A stretch of 63,860 nt of DNA, filler included, from Octopus bimaculoides (Eukaryota), in the NCBI RefSeq assembly GCF_001194135.2. It is 4 parts of 4 records of this genome, joined end to end, with 100 filler letters (N's around TTAATTAATTAA, not from the genome) between each part and the next. Parts side by side here need not be neighbours in the genome. Positions count along the whole stretch, not along the records: positions 1 to 15,826 come from NC_069004.1; 3 more parts are not named here. One strand, written 5' to 3'. The stretch's first letter is position 1. Every line of letters starts with the position of its first letter. Shown here in pieces: positions 1-10,845 of the stretch. Below the pieces are notes generated by a model. It searched no databases. It saw nothing but the letters and a program-made list of their open reading frames with translations, and was not told where the DNA came from. The translations under genes and the position numbers were made by a program.

Positions 1-19
1 CATCTAGCGGACCCTTTTT

Positions 20-573
20 TTTATTATTATTCGGTATTTTGTCTGTCTTCATGTTCTGAGTTCAAATTCCGCTGAGGTTGACTTTACCGTTTATCCATTT
101 GGATATCAGTAAAATAAGTACCAGTTGAACACTGGGATCGATATAATCGATTTATCCCCTCCTACAAAATAACTGCCCTTGTGGCAAAATTCGAAACCAT
201 TATTATTATTATTCGGCATCTCGTCTGTTTCTCACGTTCTGAGTTCAAATTCCGCCAATGTTGACTTTGCCTTTTATCCTTTCGTGACCGATAAATTAAG
301 TACTAGTGAATCACTGGGGTCGATGTAATCGACTAGTCCCCTCCTCCCAAATTTCAGGCCTTGTGCCTGCAGTAGAAAGGCGCACGCCAGGCGAAATGTT
401 TAGTGGTATTCGTCTGTCGCTACGTTCTGAGTCCAAACTCCTCCGAGGTTGACTTTACCTATTATCCTTTCAGGGTCAATTAAATAAGTACCAGTTACGC
501 ACTGGAGTCGATGTAATCAACGTAATCTCTTCCCCCAAATTTCAGGCCTTCTGCCTTTAGTAGAAAGGATTAT
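20..573 (+). mobile_element. Three head-to-tail copies of a tRNA-derived SINE (family A, (ATT)n tail)
   Basis: The module GTTCTGAGTTCAAATTCCGC..GAGGTTGACTTT..TAAGTACCAG..CTGGGGTCGAT..CCCCTCC..AATTTCAGGCCTT recurs at ~52, ~234 and ~424. B-box-like GAGTTCAAATTC; ATT tails. Same family at 18312-19215 and 24910-25115. Confidence 0.8.
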
Positions 574-810
574 TGTTCTATGTTCATATACACGTGTATG
601 TGTATGTATACATATATACGAATATATCTCTATGATTAGCACTATTTTGTTGTGCGCTTTTAGTAGACAGTATGGACTGTGAATAAAGCGAATACCCACA
701 ATATGTATCTCACCACTATAAAGATTCTAAGTAAATAAACATGGTCAAATCATATTAACGCCTCCAGTGAGTTGTTTTATTGCCCAACACAAAACAAAGA
801 AGATATAACA
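574..810 (+). repeat. 5' LTR of the Gypsy element
   Basis: Begins TGTT, ends ATAACA, contains AATAAA. Matches 4825-4910 and 5278-5358 with about 10 differences in ~160 aligned bp. Confidence 0.85.
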
Positions 811-823
811 TAGTGGCAGCGGT
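811..823 (+). promoter_or_regulatory. Primer-binding site, tRNA-Leu type
   Basis: TAGTGGCAGCGGT lies immediately after the 5' LTR. It matches the common Leu PBS TGGTGGCAGCGGT with one G>A change. Confidence 0.7.
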
Positions 824-3800
824 AAGTACTTAACCTGCCATTACAACAAAACAGGAACACAACAAGCCTGAACTTAACAAACTGAATATCGCTTCGTCTT
901 CGGACACACACGAAAATCCAAAATGGCGACCCCCGTCACTGTACAGATGAATTTACATCCGCCCATGAACTGGGACGCTGTTGATGTCGTGGAAGCGTTC
1001 AAGAAATTCAAGCAGAAAAGTCTATTGGCTTTCAAAAGCTTCTTGAAAGGTACAACTGCCGACGAAAAGGTAAGCTACTTCTTTTTATGGACGGGAGAGA
1101 AAGATTTAGACCTATTCAATAGTTGGGACATGTTAGAATCGGATTGCAGTAATCCCGACACACTCTTAGAAAAATTTGAAAGATACCAAATCAAACCACA
1201 GAATTCATAGGTACGAATTTCAGAGCCTGAAACAAAACCCACAAGAATCAATTGACAACTTCCTGTCCAGACTAAAGAAATGCAGATTCAAAGACAGAGA
1301 TGAAAGGATTATTGATCAACTCATATGGAGGTGTGTTCACCAAAAAGTCCAAAAATCCCTCATAGGTAAGGACGCTCTCCAGTTCATAGAAGCAGTAGAT
1401 ACTTTAAGAGCATTTGAAGCTACTACAAAACAAATGGCCTCACCTTTCAAACAAATACAATGGGCAATAGTGTAGATATTATCTCTAGACATGGGATGAA
1501 ACATATCCACAAGCAGAGAATATGCCAGCATTGTGGCACAGAGCATGAGTTCAATAACCAGAGAAAATGTCCTGCATTCAGTACACGCGGCAAAGCATGT
1601 GGAAAGCCCAACCACTGGAAAAAAAAATGTGTCGACTAACAAAATCTTACAAATACAAGCCTCAACTTTCAAAGAGGAGCGGAAAGAAAAGACAAAAAGA
1701 TGTACATGCCCAACAACAGGAAGAAAACACCTCAGAAGAAGAATTCTTGGTAGTCGGCACAATAAATGTACATGAGATGGGAAATGACAACCAAATAAAA
1801 AAAATGAGGCATACAAAACAATACAAATCCGAAAGAAGTCAGGCAAGAAATGAACGAAATATATCAGTATTGTGGCACAGAGCATGAGTTCAATAACCAG
1901 AGAAAATGTCCTGCATTTGGTACACACTGCAAAGCATATGGAAAGCCCAACCACTGGAGCCCAAAGCAATATCTTGCCTGTCAACCTCTACAAAAGGATG
2001 TTCTCAGAACAAATGATGCAAAAGAATAAGGTCAAAGGAATCCTCACACTAAGTGATGTAGTCCTGACTGCATATGGAGATACAGCTGGGCAAAACAACC
2101 ATTACAGGGACACATAAAGAAAAAATAATCATGTGTTCTTTTTATGTCACAAGAACAGAAAGACCTGCAGTTCTCAGATTTTATATCTGTCAAAAGCTCA
2201 ACATTGTGTCAATCAGCAGTGAAGTGAAGACCCTGAGTAGGATTGACAGAGATATGCCTATCGAAGACCGACCGCCAATTAAAAATAAAGATGAACTAAT
2301 GAGCATTTACCCAGAATATTTTGACGATACAGTCGTACTTATACGTACCTTGTAACAGTCGATCCCAACGTCAAGCCAGTTGTCCACCCACCTCGCCGTG
2401 TTCCGTCAGAATTAAGAGAGAAGCTAAAAGCAGAGTTGGACAAAATGGAAAAAAAATACAAATAATCACCAAAGTAACACAACCAACCGACTGGGTGAAC
2501 TCAAGTGTAATTAAGGAAAACCTCAATGGTACCCGACGAATATTCCTTGACTCCAGGGACATGAACAAGGCATTAAAACGAGATTACTATCCAATTCCAA
2601 CCCTTGAAGAAATCACACCATCATTAGCTGGACCTAGGATATTCAGCAAACTGGATGCCAGAAATGGGTACTAGAATATAAAGATAGATCAAGAATCATC
2701 CATGCTCACTACTTTCAACACACCATTTGTCAGATACAGATTCAACCGACTCCCATTAAAGGTGAGCCAGGATGTCTTCCAACGCAAAGTAGATGAGACC
2801 TAACAAGGCTGCTTTGGTGTAATCGAGATAGTGGATGATACCCAAGTGTAAGGCAAGGATGAAATCACACATAACTACAATCTACATTCAACTATGGAGA
2901 AAACACAAGCTCAAGTATCAAGCTCAATGCAGACAAATGTATGATCACAGCAGAGGAGTGCAAATTCTTTGGAATTATATACTCTGCAGACGGAGTGAAA
3001 CCAGATCTCGCAAAAATGGAAGCCATCAGTCACATTGAAGAGCCCAAAGATAAGAAAGAACTCAAAAGCTTCTTGGGGCTCATCTAGTACATGAGAACCT
3101 TCATACCAAAGCTTCAAACCTCCGAGAGCTAATGAAAGATGACATAGAGTTTGATTGGTGTGCTTCACACACACAGGATTTCAACACAATCAAAACGCTC
3201 ATCAGTACAACTCTGACAGACACAAAACAATAACACTCGAAGTCGATGCTGCTATGAGAGGAGTTGGTGCAGCATTGATACAAGAAGGTAGACCTATTGC
3301 ATATGCCTCGAAAGCTCTTTCACCCACAGAGACAAAGTATGCACACACAGAAAGGGAACTCCTTGTGGTAGTCTATAGTTGTGAAAAGTTTCATGCGTAT
3401 CTGTATGGCATATACTTCAATATTGAGTCAGGCCATCGCCCTCTTGAGTAAATAAACAGAAGAAACCTCACAAAAGCACCAGCCAGACTGCAAAGATTAC
3501 TGTTGAGACTCCAAAAGTATGACTACAATATCAAGTACAAGCCAGGAAAGGATCTGGTACTGGTGGATGCTCTTTCCAGACTATCGTCACATGATAAACA
3601 GGAGACGGAAGGAGTCAGTGTAAAGATCCATCACATCGTAAATGTGACAAATACAAAACTGGAACGAATGAGAAAGGTAACCAGTAGAGATGAAGAACTC
3701 CAGCTCCTTACTTAGATGGTGATTAAGGGGTGGTTAGAAAAGAGATATCAGTGCAGCCCCTCATTCGTGAATACTGGGCCATCCATGATGACATGTCAGT

Positions 3801-4639
3801 AGAGAATGGAGATGATGGCTGGATCCCGAATAATCATAAACAGATCAATGCAAAAAGAGATCCTTGACAAGACCCACCAAGGGCATCTGGGAATGGAGAA
3901 ATGCAAACCCCAAGTCAAGTCAGTTGTATACTGGGTAGACATATACAAAGACAGGTAAGATAGTTTCTATATGCTATATCTGTCAAAAGTACAGAAATTC
4001 ACAGCAAAAGAAAGAAATGATACCCAGTGACATCCCAAGAAGGCTATGGCAAGCTATTGAAGCAGATCTGTTCACAGCGAACCAAGAATGGTATTTGATT
4101 ATGGTCTGCTACTACTATAAATTCCCATTTGTAAAAAAGGTAAAAGACCTGAAAGCCAAAGCAATGACTTCAGTGGTTTGAGGACTGCTAGCAGAGCAAG
4201 GAATACCTGAACAGATTATATGTGATAATGGAATCCAATTCACATCAGAGGAATTCAAAAAGCTAGCCAATGAGTGCGGGTTCAACACCATAACCTCATC
4301 ACCAATGGTCATGAATTCATAGAAAGACAGGTAGAGACAGTCAAGAAAACACTAATCAAATACCGAGAAACTAAGAAAGAGCCACACCTGGCACTGCTGT
4401 CCTTACGAGCAACACCACTGAGGGCTGTCATAAAACCCAGAGCAGAAAGCTGAATGGAAGGAAATACAAAACCAGCCTGCCACCAAAGATTCAACCTCCT
4501 ATTAACCAGGAAGAGACAAGGGCGAAGCTGGAGTTTGGTTTCGACGAGGAGGTTTTCCCCTCTTTCTCAAAGGCTCTCATTACTTTCGAGCCAGTACTTG
4601 ATACACCAAACATTTCGGCTGTCTTCGTTACGCTAGCGC

Positions 4640-4822
4640 CTATCATAAGAGCACCAACAATTTGACCGCTTTGAAAGTCCGACAGATCTGCAATTTTAGC
4701 AAAATATATTAAGCAACACTAATAATAAATCAAAAAACATAAAAATAAACAAATTTTTGACGGTTTTATAGATATTTAAAAATTATGATGCTAGGTGTTT
4801 CCATTATTTTGTCCAACCCCTA
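4640..4822. mobile_element. Tc1-like DNA transposon end (single TIR) abutting the 3' LTR
   Basis: 4793-4822 reverse-complements to TAGGGGTTGGACAAAATAATGGAAACACCT, a typical Tc1 TIR (CAGGGGTTGGACA..), followed by TA. The left boundary is uncertain. Confidence 0.65.
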
Positions 4823-5358
4823 TATATATGAATATATCTCTATGATTAGCACTACTTTGTTATGCGCATTTAGTAGACAGTATAAACTGTGAATAAAGCG
4901 AATACGCACAACGTACATATACATATATAATAGGAGCACTCCGTCGGTTACGACGACGAAGGTCCCAGCTGATCCGATCAACAGAACAGCCTGCTCGTGA
5001 AATTAACGTGCAAGTGACTGAGCACTCCACAGACACGTGTACCCCTAACGTAGTTCTCTGGGAGATTCAGCGTGACACAGAGTGTGACAAGGCCGGCCCT
5101 TTGAAATACAGGTACAACTCATTTTTGCCAGCTGAGTGAACTGGAGCAACGTGAAATAAAGTGTTTTGCTCAAGGACACAACGCGTCGCCGGGAATTGAA
5201 CTCACGACCTTACAATCTTGAGCCGAATGTCCTAACCACTAAGCCAGGCGCCTTCACATAATATATAAACATGCTAGGTAAATAAACATGGTCAAATCAT
5301 ATTAACACCTCCAATGAGTTGTTTTATTGTCTCAACACAAAACAAAGAAGATATAACA
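4823..5358 (+). repeat. 3' LTR, 5'-truncated and interrupted by a SINE
   Basis: Two blocks homologous to the 5' LTR flank the SINE at 4931-5255; ends GATATAACA. Confidence 0.85.
4931..5255 (-). mobile_element. tRNA-derived SINE (family C1) inserted in the 3' LTR
   Basis: Minus strand: A-box TGGCTTAGTGG, B-box GAGTTCAATTCC, central TGTGTCCTTGAGCAAAACACTT domain, tail GACGGAGTGC shared with 19927-20216 and 21165-21550. Confidence 0.85.
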
Positions 5359-5361
5359 ACA

Positions 5362-5397
<36 letters not shown>

Positions 5398-5922
5398 GAG
5401 TGAGAGAGCAGTGCATGCCATCAAAGTGACACTGGGGTAAAATTTACGAAGCCCAGTATATCCATCATGACTACCCGTCTGATAAGGGTACACCAGGAAC
5501 ATGCATCACAACCATATGTGCGTAACATGGTGATCTCATATCAAGATAAACAGCGCATGACCTCGCAGGTGGGGCCCAGTTAGAATTTTCTTCAGGTCGA
5601 GTAGNNNNNNNNNNNNNNNNNNNNNNNNNNNNNNNNNNNNNNNNNNNNNNNNNNNNNNNNNNNNNNNNNNNNNNNNNNNNNNNNNNNNNNNNNNNNNNNN
5701 NNNNNNNNNNNNNNNNNNNNNNNNNNNNNNNNNNNNNNNNNNNNNNNNNNNNNNNNNNNNNNNNNNNNNNNNNNNNNNNNNNNNNNNNNNNNNNNNNNNN
5801 NNNNNNNNNNNNNNNNNNNNNNNNNNTCTTTTTATACCAAGACAAAACAATGTACATGATAACACTTCCAATCAATTAAAATGAGAAGCCATGAGAGCCA
5901 CTGCCTGGTACTGCATCAGGGC

Positions 5923-5925
<3 letters not shown>
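5398..5925 (-). mobile_element. ~550-bp non-coding interspersed element X, copy 1 (gap inside), between AAT runs
   Basis: Reverse complement of 8221-8772 at both ends. Flanked by (ATT)n/(TAT)n on plus, i.e. (AAT)n on its own strand. Confidence 0.75.
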
Positions 5926-5989
<64 letters not shown>

Positions 5990-5990
5990 T

Positions 5991-6420
5991 AAGACGCCGT
6001 AAAGTATTCAATATCGTGATGTTGTTGATTGAAGTTATTGTGTCTACCGGGGGTTTGTATTGTGTGTCAAGTCACAAGAACCACAAACAGACAATACTTT
6101 ATGCAATATGCGTGCAGTTCCAAGTAATGCCAATTTTTGCAATACACCTACATTGTAGAGTATTTCTAAGTTTCCAGTTGTTTCTTCAGGTTGGTCGATA
6201 TTGAGCCTAATGCTCCGACGACCACAGGAACAACATTTATGTTCGACTCTCGTAGCTGTCACATCTTGGCAATCTCAATTTTCAGTCTCCATATTTATCA
6301 ATGTTTTCTCTTTCTTTCGTGGTAATACGTTAATCTCCTGGCACTGACACGTCGATTATTAGGCACTTTTGTTTGTCCCTCCTAAATGTTACTATATCCA
6401 GCCTTCGGTGCTCTAACACC
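5991..6420 (-). mobile_element. R4/Dong-clade retrotransposon 3' fragment (RLE domain)
   Basis: Minus translation HRRLDIVTFRRDKQKCLIIDVSVPGD ... VGVLQKLALLGTARILHKVL, short 3' UTR, then (AAT)n at 5927-5990. Confidence 0.82.
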
Positions 6421-6423
6421 TTA

Positions 6424-6505
6424 AGGTAGCAAGCTGGTAGAATCGTTAACATGCCGGACAAAATGCTTAGCAGTATTTCGTCTGCCACTACGTTCTGAGT
6501 GCAAA
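6424..6505 (+). mobile_element. SINE family A 5' fragment
   Basis: GCAAGCTGGTAGAATCGTTAACATGCCGGACAAAATGCTTAG..ACGTTCTGAGTGCAAAT matches the family A head. Confidence 0.7.
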
Positions 6506-7035
6506 TACCGACAGGGCACAGAAAGTGTGTCAATAGCCAGCTGGAGGAGGTGTTCTCCTGGGGCTAAAAGCAACAGTAACATTCACCCTTAGGGTTTAGC
6601 CGCATTTAAGTGGAAAATATACTTCACGTTGTCGTGCAGTTACTGTTTATACCTCGTTCAGAGATTTAACATTGCTTGTTTACACTTTTTCGAGATCAGT
6701 GAATTTTCGTCACTGGAAAAAAGATATATGTATTTGCATTGGGAGCCTTTTGCATCGAAGATCGGTGATTGTCGTACGCTGACGAAGGGTAAATACCCAG
6801 AAACCCGGGTCCGTGCGTATCACGTCAGATCGACGATGGGAAGGATTACTTCCCTTTGCAAATACCGACAGGACACAGAAAGTGTGTCAATAGCCAGCTG
6901 TAGGAGGTGTTCTCCTGGGGCTAAAAGCAACAGTAGCATTCACCCTTAGGGTTTAGCCGCATTTAAGTGGCAAATATACTTCACGTTGTCGTGCAGTTAC
7001 TGTTTATACCTCGTTCAGAGATTTAACATTGTTTA
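6501..7035 (+). repeat. ~180-bp direct duplication (6501-6685 and 6860-7035)
   Basis: Near-identical blocks about 359 bp apart with only a few substitutions and a 4-bp indel. Confidence 0.85.
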
Positions 7036-7375
7036 CATTTGATAATGTTTACTGTTTAAAATGTTTTTCGAATCACATAGACAATATTTTTCGTAGAATA
7101 TGAGCAGTTCCCATAAGCACTATTTTTTCAATTTCTTCCGCTTTGGGATTTCCTAATATCTGATATAGAGAACAATCAGCCCCTCTTTACTATTATTCCT
7201 AGGAAACCAATGACAGCAAGTATTGTTCTATCGAGGTTCCATATTTTGCCAATTTCTATTTCAAGATTTTTATACTTGCTTAGTTTTTGGTAGGTTTTGA
7301 CAGATACATTAACGTCGATTGGGACGGATGTTTATTTGTCCGCCCTTTAAAAATTCTAATAACATTTCAAAACGC

Positions 7376-7715
7376 CAGAAGCGGATTAATACAGGTATAC
7401 ATGTATGCAAAATAAGACAAACTGTAGCAACCATTTATTTCCCTCAAATTTACTTTTATTATGTTTATACACAAAAAATAATAGGAAAAATATGCTAAAG
7501 AACAGAAGATGAGTGAATTACAAAAATAAACGATTTACAAATTGATTTTACGTGCCTTCCTCTTCGTGAAATCTTGAAAGACTTCATCAAAATTAATTTT
7601 ATCCGTATGGTCACGCTGTGTGGATAGTATTGCCAAATCAATCAACCTTGTTTGACTTTTTGTTGACCTGAGGTGGTTCTTGATAGAGTGCGTTAGACAG
7701 ACAGACAAACAGATA
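7376..7715 (-). mobile_element. hAT transposon 3' end (dimerisation domain plus TIR)
   Basis: IKNHLRSTKSQTRLIDLAILSTQRDHTDKINFDEVFQDFTKRKARKINL* is the ZMYM1-like hAT C-terminus. The terminus CAGAAGCGGATT at 7376 resembles a hAT TIR (CAGTGGCGGAT). Confidence 0.8.
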
Positions 7716-8220
7716 GATAGAGAGAGAGAGAGAGGCAACATTTCTTTTTGCAATATCCATATTTTCAACGGCTTTATCACATCGTCGAAAACGAGAAGTT
7801 TTCCAACGTTTTCTGTATGAGAATAGTTCCATCAGTCTATCTCTCTAAATCTTTCTCTCCCCACCCCATTCTCTCTCCTCTATGTCTCCTTGCCTCCAAC
7901 TGTCTTCGAGCGATTAATGCATTATATTTCTCTTGCCTCCAAGCGCTAGCAATCTCTCTCTCTCTCACTTCCTCCTTTTTGCCGTTTTGTCTCTCCCTTC
8001 AACTATACTTACTCTGCTTCTATCCTTCCTCTCTCACCCGCTTTGCCATTCACTTCAACTATACCTCCTCTGTTTATTACCTTTTATTTCTCCTTTTCTT
8101 TGTACCTCTCCCTTCAAACTTTCTACTTCTTTCTTCGAAGTAAGTGTGACACACATGACAGGTACGTACAAAAACAAAAAGTTGGCGTATTAATATTATT
8201 GATAATGATGATAATAATAA

Positions 8221-8772
8221 ATGCTCTGATGCAGTACCAGGCAGTGGCTCTCGTGGCTTCTAAGCTTAACTGATTGGAAGTGTTATGTACATTGTTTTGT
8301 CTTGGTATAAAAGATGGGCAACAGCAAATATTCTGCTCAATACCACAGATTTGCTTGTCAGTTGCTTGACCTTAACCAGTTGAGCATGACCCTTAGTGGC
8401 TGACGATAGGTGCATCTCTGATCACGAGCAGAAGTAGTGGGGGAGAATCATAGCCATGTGTTGAGAGGAATTCTTTTGGCTTGGATAATTCACCTTTGGA
8501 AACATGGGTGTTTCCTTCAACGTCCTTAAACAACCCCTATTCAGGGACATTTTGAGCGCGATGGGCTACTCGACTTGAAGAAAATTCTACGCGGACTACA
8601 CTTGCAAGGTTATGCGATGTTTATCTTGATATGGAAGCACTGTGTCGCGCACATATGGTTGTGATTTATGTGCCTGTTGTACCCTAATCAGATGGGTAGC
8701 CATGAGGGGTGTACAGGGTTTCGTATATTTTACCCCAGTGTCACTTTGATGGCATGCACTGCTCTCTCACTC
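8221..8772 (+). mobile_element. ~550-bp non-coding interspersed element X, copy 2, between AAT runs
   Basis: Complete copy; starts after (ATA)n at 8201-8220 and is followed by (AAT)n at 8781-8885; homologous to 5398-5925. Confidence 0.78.
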
Positions 8773-8780
8773 ACTCACTC

Positions 8781-8796
8781 AATAATAATAAAAATG

Positions 8797-8885
<89 letters not shown>
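8781..8885 (+). repeat. (AAT)n microsatellite
   Basis: Direct reading. Similar runs at 5362-5397, 5927-5990, 9658-9722, 40755-40800, 61313-61430. Confidence 0.95.
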
Positions 8886-8886
<1 letters not shown>

Positions 8887-9657
8887 TTTCATATTGGCGG
8901 CACAGGATCAAAGCTTACTAACCAGAAACTACCAGGCTAACGTTCTTCAAAACGGTCCTGACCCTAAATACAGATTCTGCGACACATTTGACGAAACAAT
9001 AGACCATCTGATTTCGGGATGTCCTGTGCTAACACCAAACGAATACAAAATTCGCCACGATAGGGTAGCACAGTATTTACATTGGAAAATATATAAACAC
9101 TACAAAATTGGCACTATTGCTTACTGGCATGAACATCATCCTGAGCCAGTCATTGAAAGTAAAAATGTCACCATCCTCTTGGATTTTCCACTCAACACTG
9201 ACAGAAAGATCCAGACTAATCGACCAGACATAATTATTAAAGACAGGAAAGAAAATACTTGTAGCCTAATAGATGTAAGTGTTCTCGCTCATAAAAATAT
9301 ATCTGTAAAGGAATTTGACAAATTAACTAAATATAAGGACCTGGAAATATTCCTGTTATTATAGATGCCCTAGGTATGATAAGAAAAAGGGATGTCAGAA
9401 GCATCTGCATAACATCCCAGGAGAACCATCTCTCAGAGAAATCCAAAAGATTGTGCTAACAAGTACTACCCACATCCTAAGAAAAATCCTATCAATTTAA
9501 ATGTCTGTGTTGTATTACATGAAGATATTTTGCTACTGCCCCTGCCACTTCCCCTCCCCAAGCTTTCAGTCATACTGTAACATCTTTTGTCCTTCACTCG
9601 CCCTAGGACGCTGGATGTGTCTTGGCAAGTGATTGTAATAAGCATGCAGATTAAAAG
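8886..9657 (+). mobile_element. R4/Dong-clade retrotransposon, 5'-truncated (CCHC, RLE, 3' UTR)
   Basis: AAQDQSL..CDTFDETIDHLISGCPVL..RHDRVAQYLHW..NRPDIIIKD..LIDVS..KYKDL; (AAT)n on both sides. Confidence 0.88.
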
Positions 9658-9659
9658 TA

Positions 9660-9722
<63 letters not shown>

Positions 9723-9724
<2 letters not shown>

Positions 9725-10830
9725 GCCTTAGATATTATGACTGAAAAATGGCATGGAAAACCTCTCAATGGTAAATACCCAAAGAGAGCGAATAATGCAG
9801 ATATTAACAAAGNNNNNNNNNNNNNNNNNNNNNNNNNNNNNNNNNNNNNNNNNNNNNNNNNNNNNNNNNNNNNNNNNNNNNNNNNNNNNNNNNNNNNNNN
9901 NNNNNNNNNNNNNNNNNNNNNNNNNNNNNNNNNNNNNNNNNNNNNNNNNNNNNNNNNNNNNNNNNNNNNNNNNNNNNNNNNNNNNNNNNNNNNNNNNNNN
10001 NNNNNNNNNNNNNNNNNNNNNNNNNNNNNNNNNNNNNNNNNNNNNNNNNNNNNNNNNNNNNNNNNNNNNNNNNNNNNNNNNNNNNNNNNNNNNNNNNNNN
10101 NNNNNNNNNNNNNNNNNNNNNNNNNNNNNNNNNNNNNNNNNNNNNNNNNNNNNNNNNNNNNNNNNNNNNNNNNNNNNNNNNNNNNNNNNNNNNNNNNNNN
10201 NNNNNNNNNNNNNNNNNNNNNNNNNNNNNNNNNNNNNNNNNNNNNNNNNNNNNNNNNNNNNNNNNNNNNNNNNNNNNNNNNNNNNNNNNNNNNNNNNNNN
10301 NNNNNNNNNNNNNNNNNNNNNNNNNNNNNNNNNNNNNNNNNNNNNNNNNNNNNNNNNNNNNNNNNNNNNNNNNNNNNNNNNNNNNNNNNNNNNNNNNNNN
10401 NNNNNNNNNNNNNNNNNNNNNNNNNNNNNNNNNNNNNNNNNNNNNNNNNNNNNNNNNNNNNNNNNNNNNNNNNNNNNNNNNNNNNNNNNNNNNNNNNNNN
10501 NNNNNNNNNNNNNNNNNNNNNNNNNNNNNNNNNNNNNNNNNNNNNNNNNNNNNNNNNNNNNNNNNNNNNNNNNNNNNNNNNNNNNNNNNNNNNNNNNNNN
10601 NNNNNNNNNNNNNNNNNNNNNNNNNNNNNNNNNNNNNNNNNNNNNNNNNNNNNNNNNNNNNNNNNNNNNNNNNNNNNNNNNNNNNNNNNNNNNNNNNNNN
10701 NNNNNNNNNNNNNNNNNNNNNNNNNNNNNNNNNNNNNNNNNNNNNNNNNNNNNNNNNNNNNNNNNNNNNNNNNNNNNNNNNNNNNNNNNNNNNNNNNNNN
10801 NNNNNNGCAAAACAAAAGTCAAACATTTTA
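9723..10830 (+). mobile_element. Second R4/Dong copy, mostly in a gap
   Basis: MTEKWHGKPLNGKYPKR, homologous to KRWQEKPLHGKYW at 14960, begins right after (AAT)n. After the gap it ends in another (AAT)n at 10830-10846. Confidence 0.65.
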
Positions 10831-10845
10831 TAATAATAATAATAA

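Larger units (their letters stand above)
574..5358 (+). mobile_element. Degenerate Ty3/Gypsy LTR retrotransposon (K02A2.6-like pol), near full length
   Basis: Gag (923-~1620) with CCHC-type knuckle, protease remnant TGAQSNILP, RT (PTDWVNS, YYPIPTLEE, FSKLDARNGY, IVDD), RNase H (DA..RGVGAALIQEGRPIAYASKAL, ERELL) and integrase (ADLF, SDNG-like CDNGIQF). Order PR-RT-RH-IN. Many stops and frameshifts. Matching LTRs; probable ATTAT TSD at 569-573 and 5362-5366. Confidence 0.92.
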
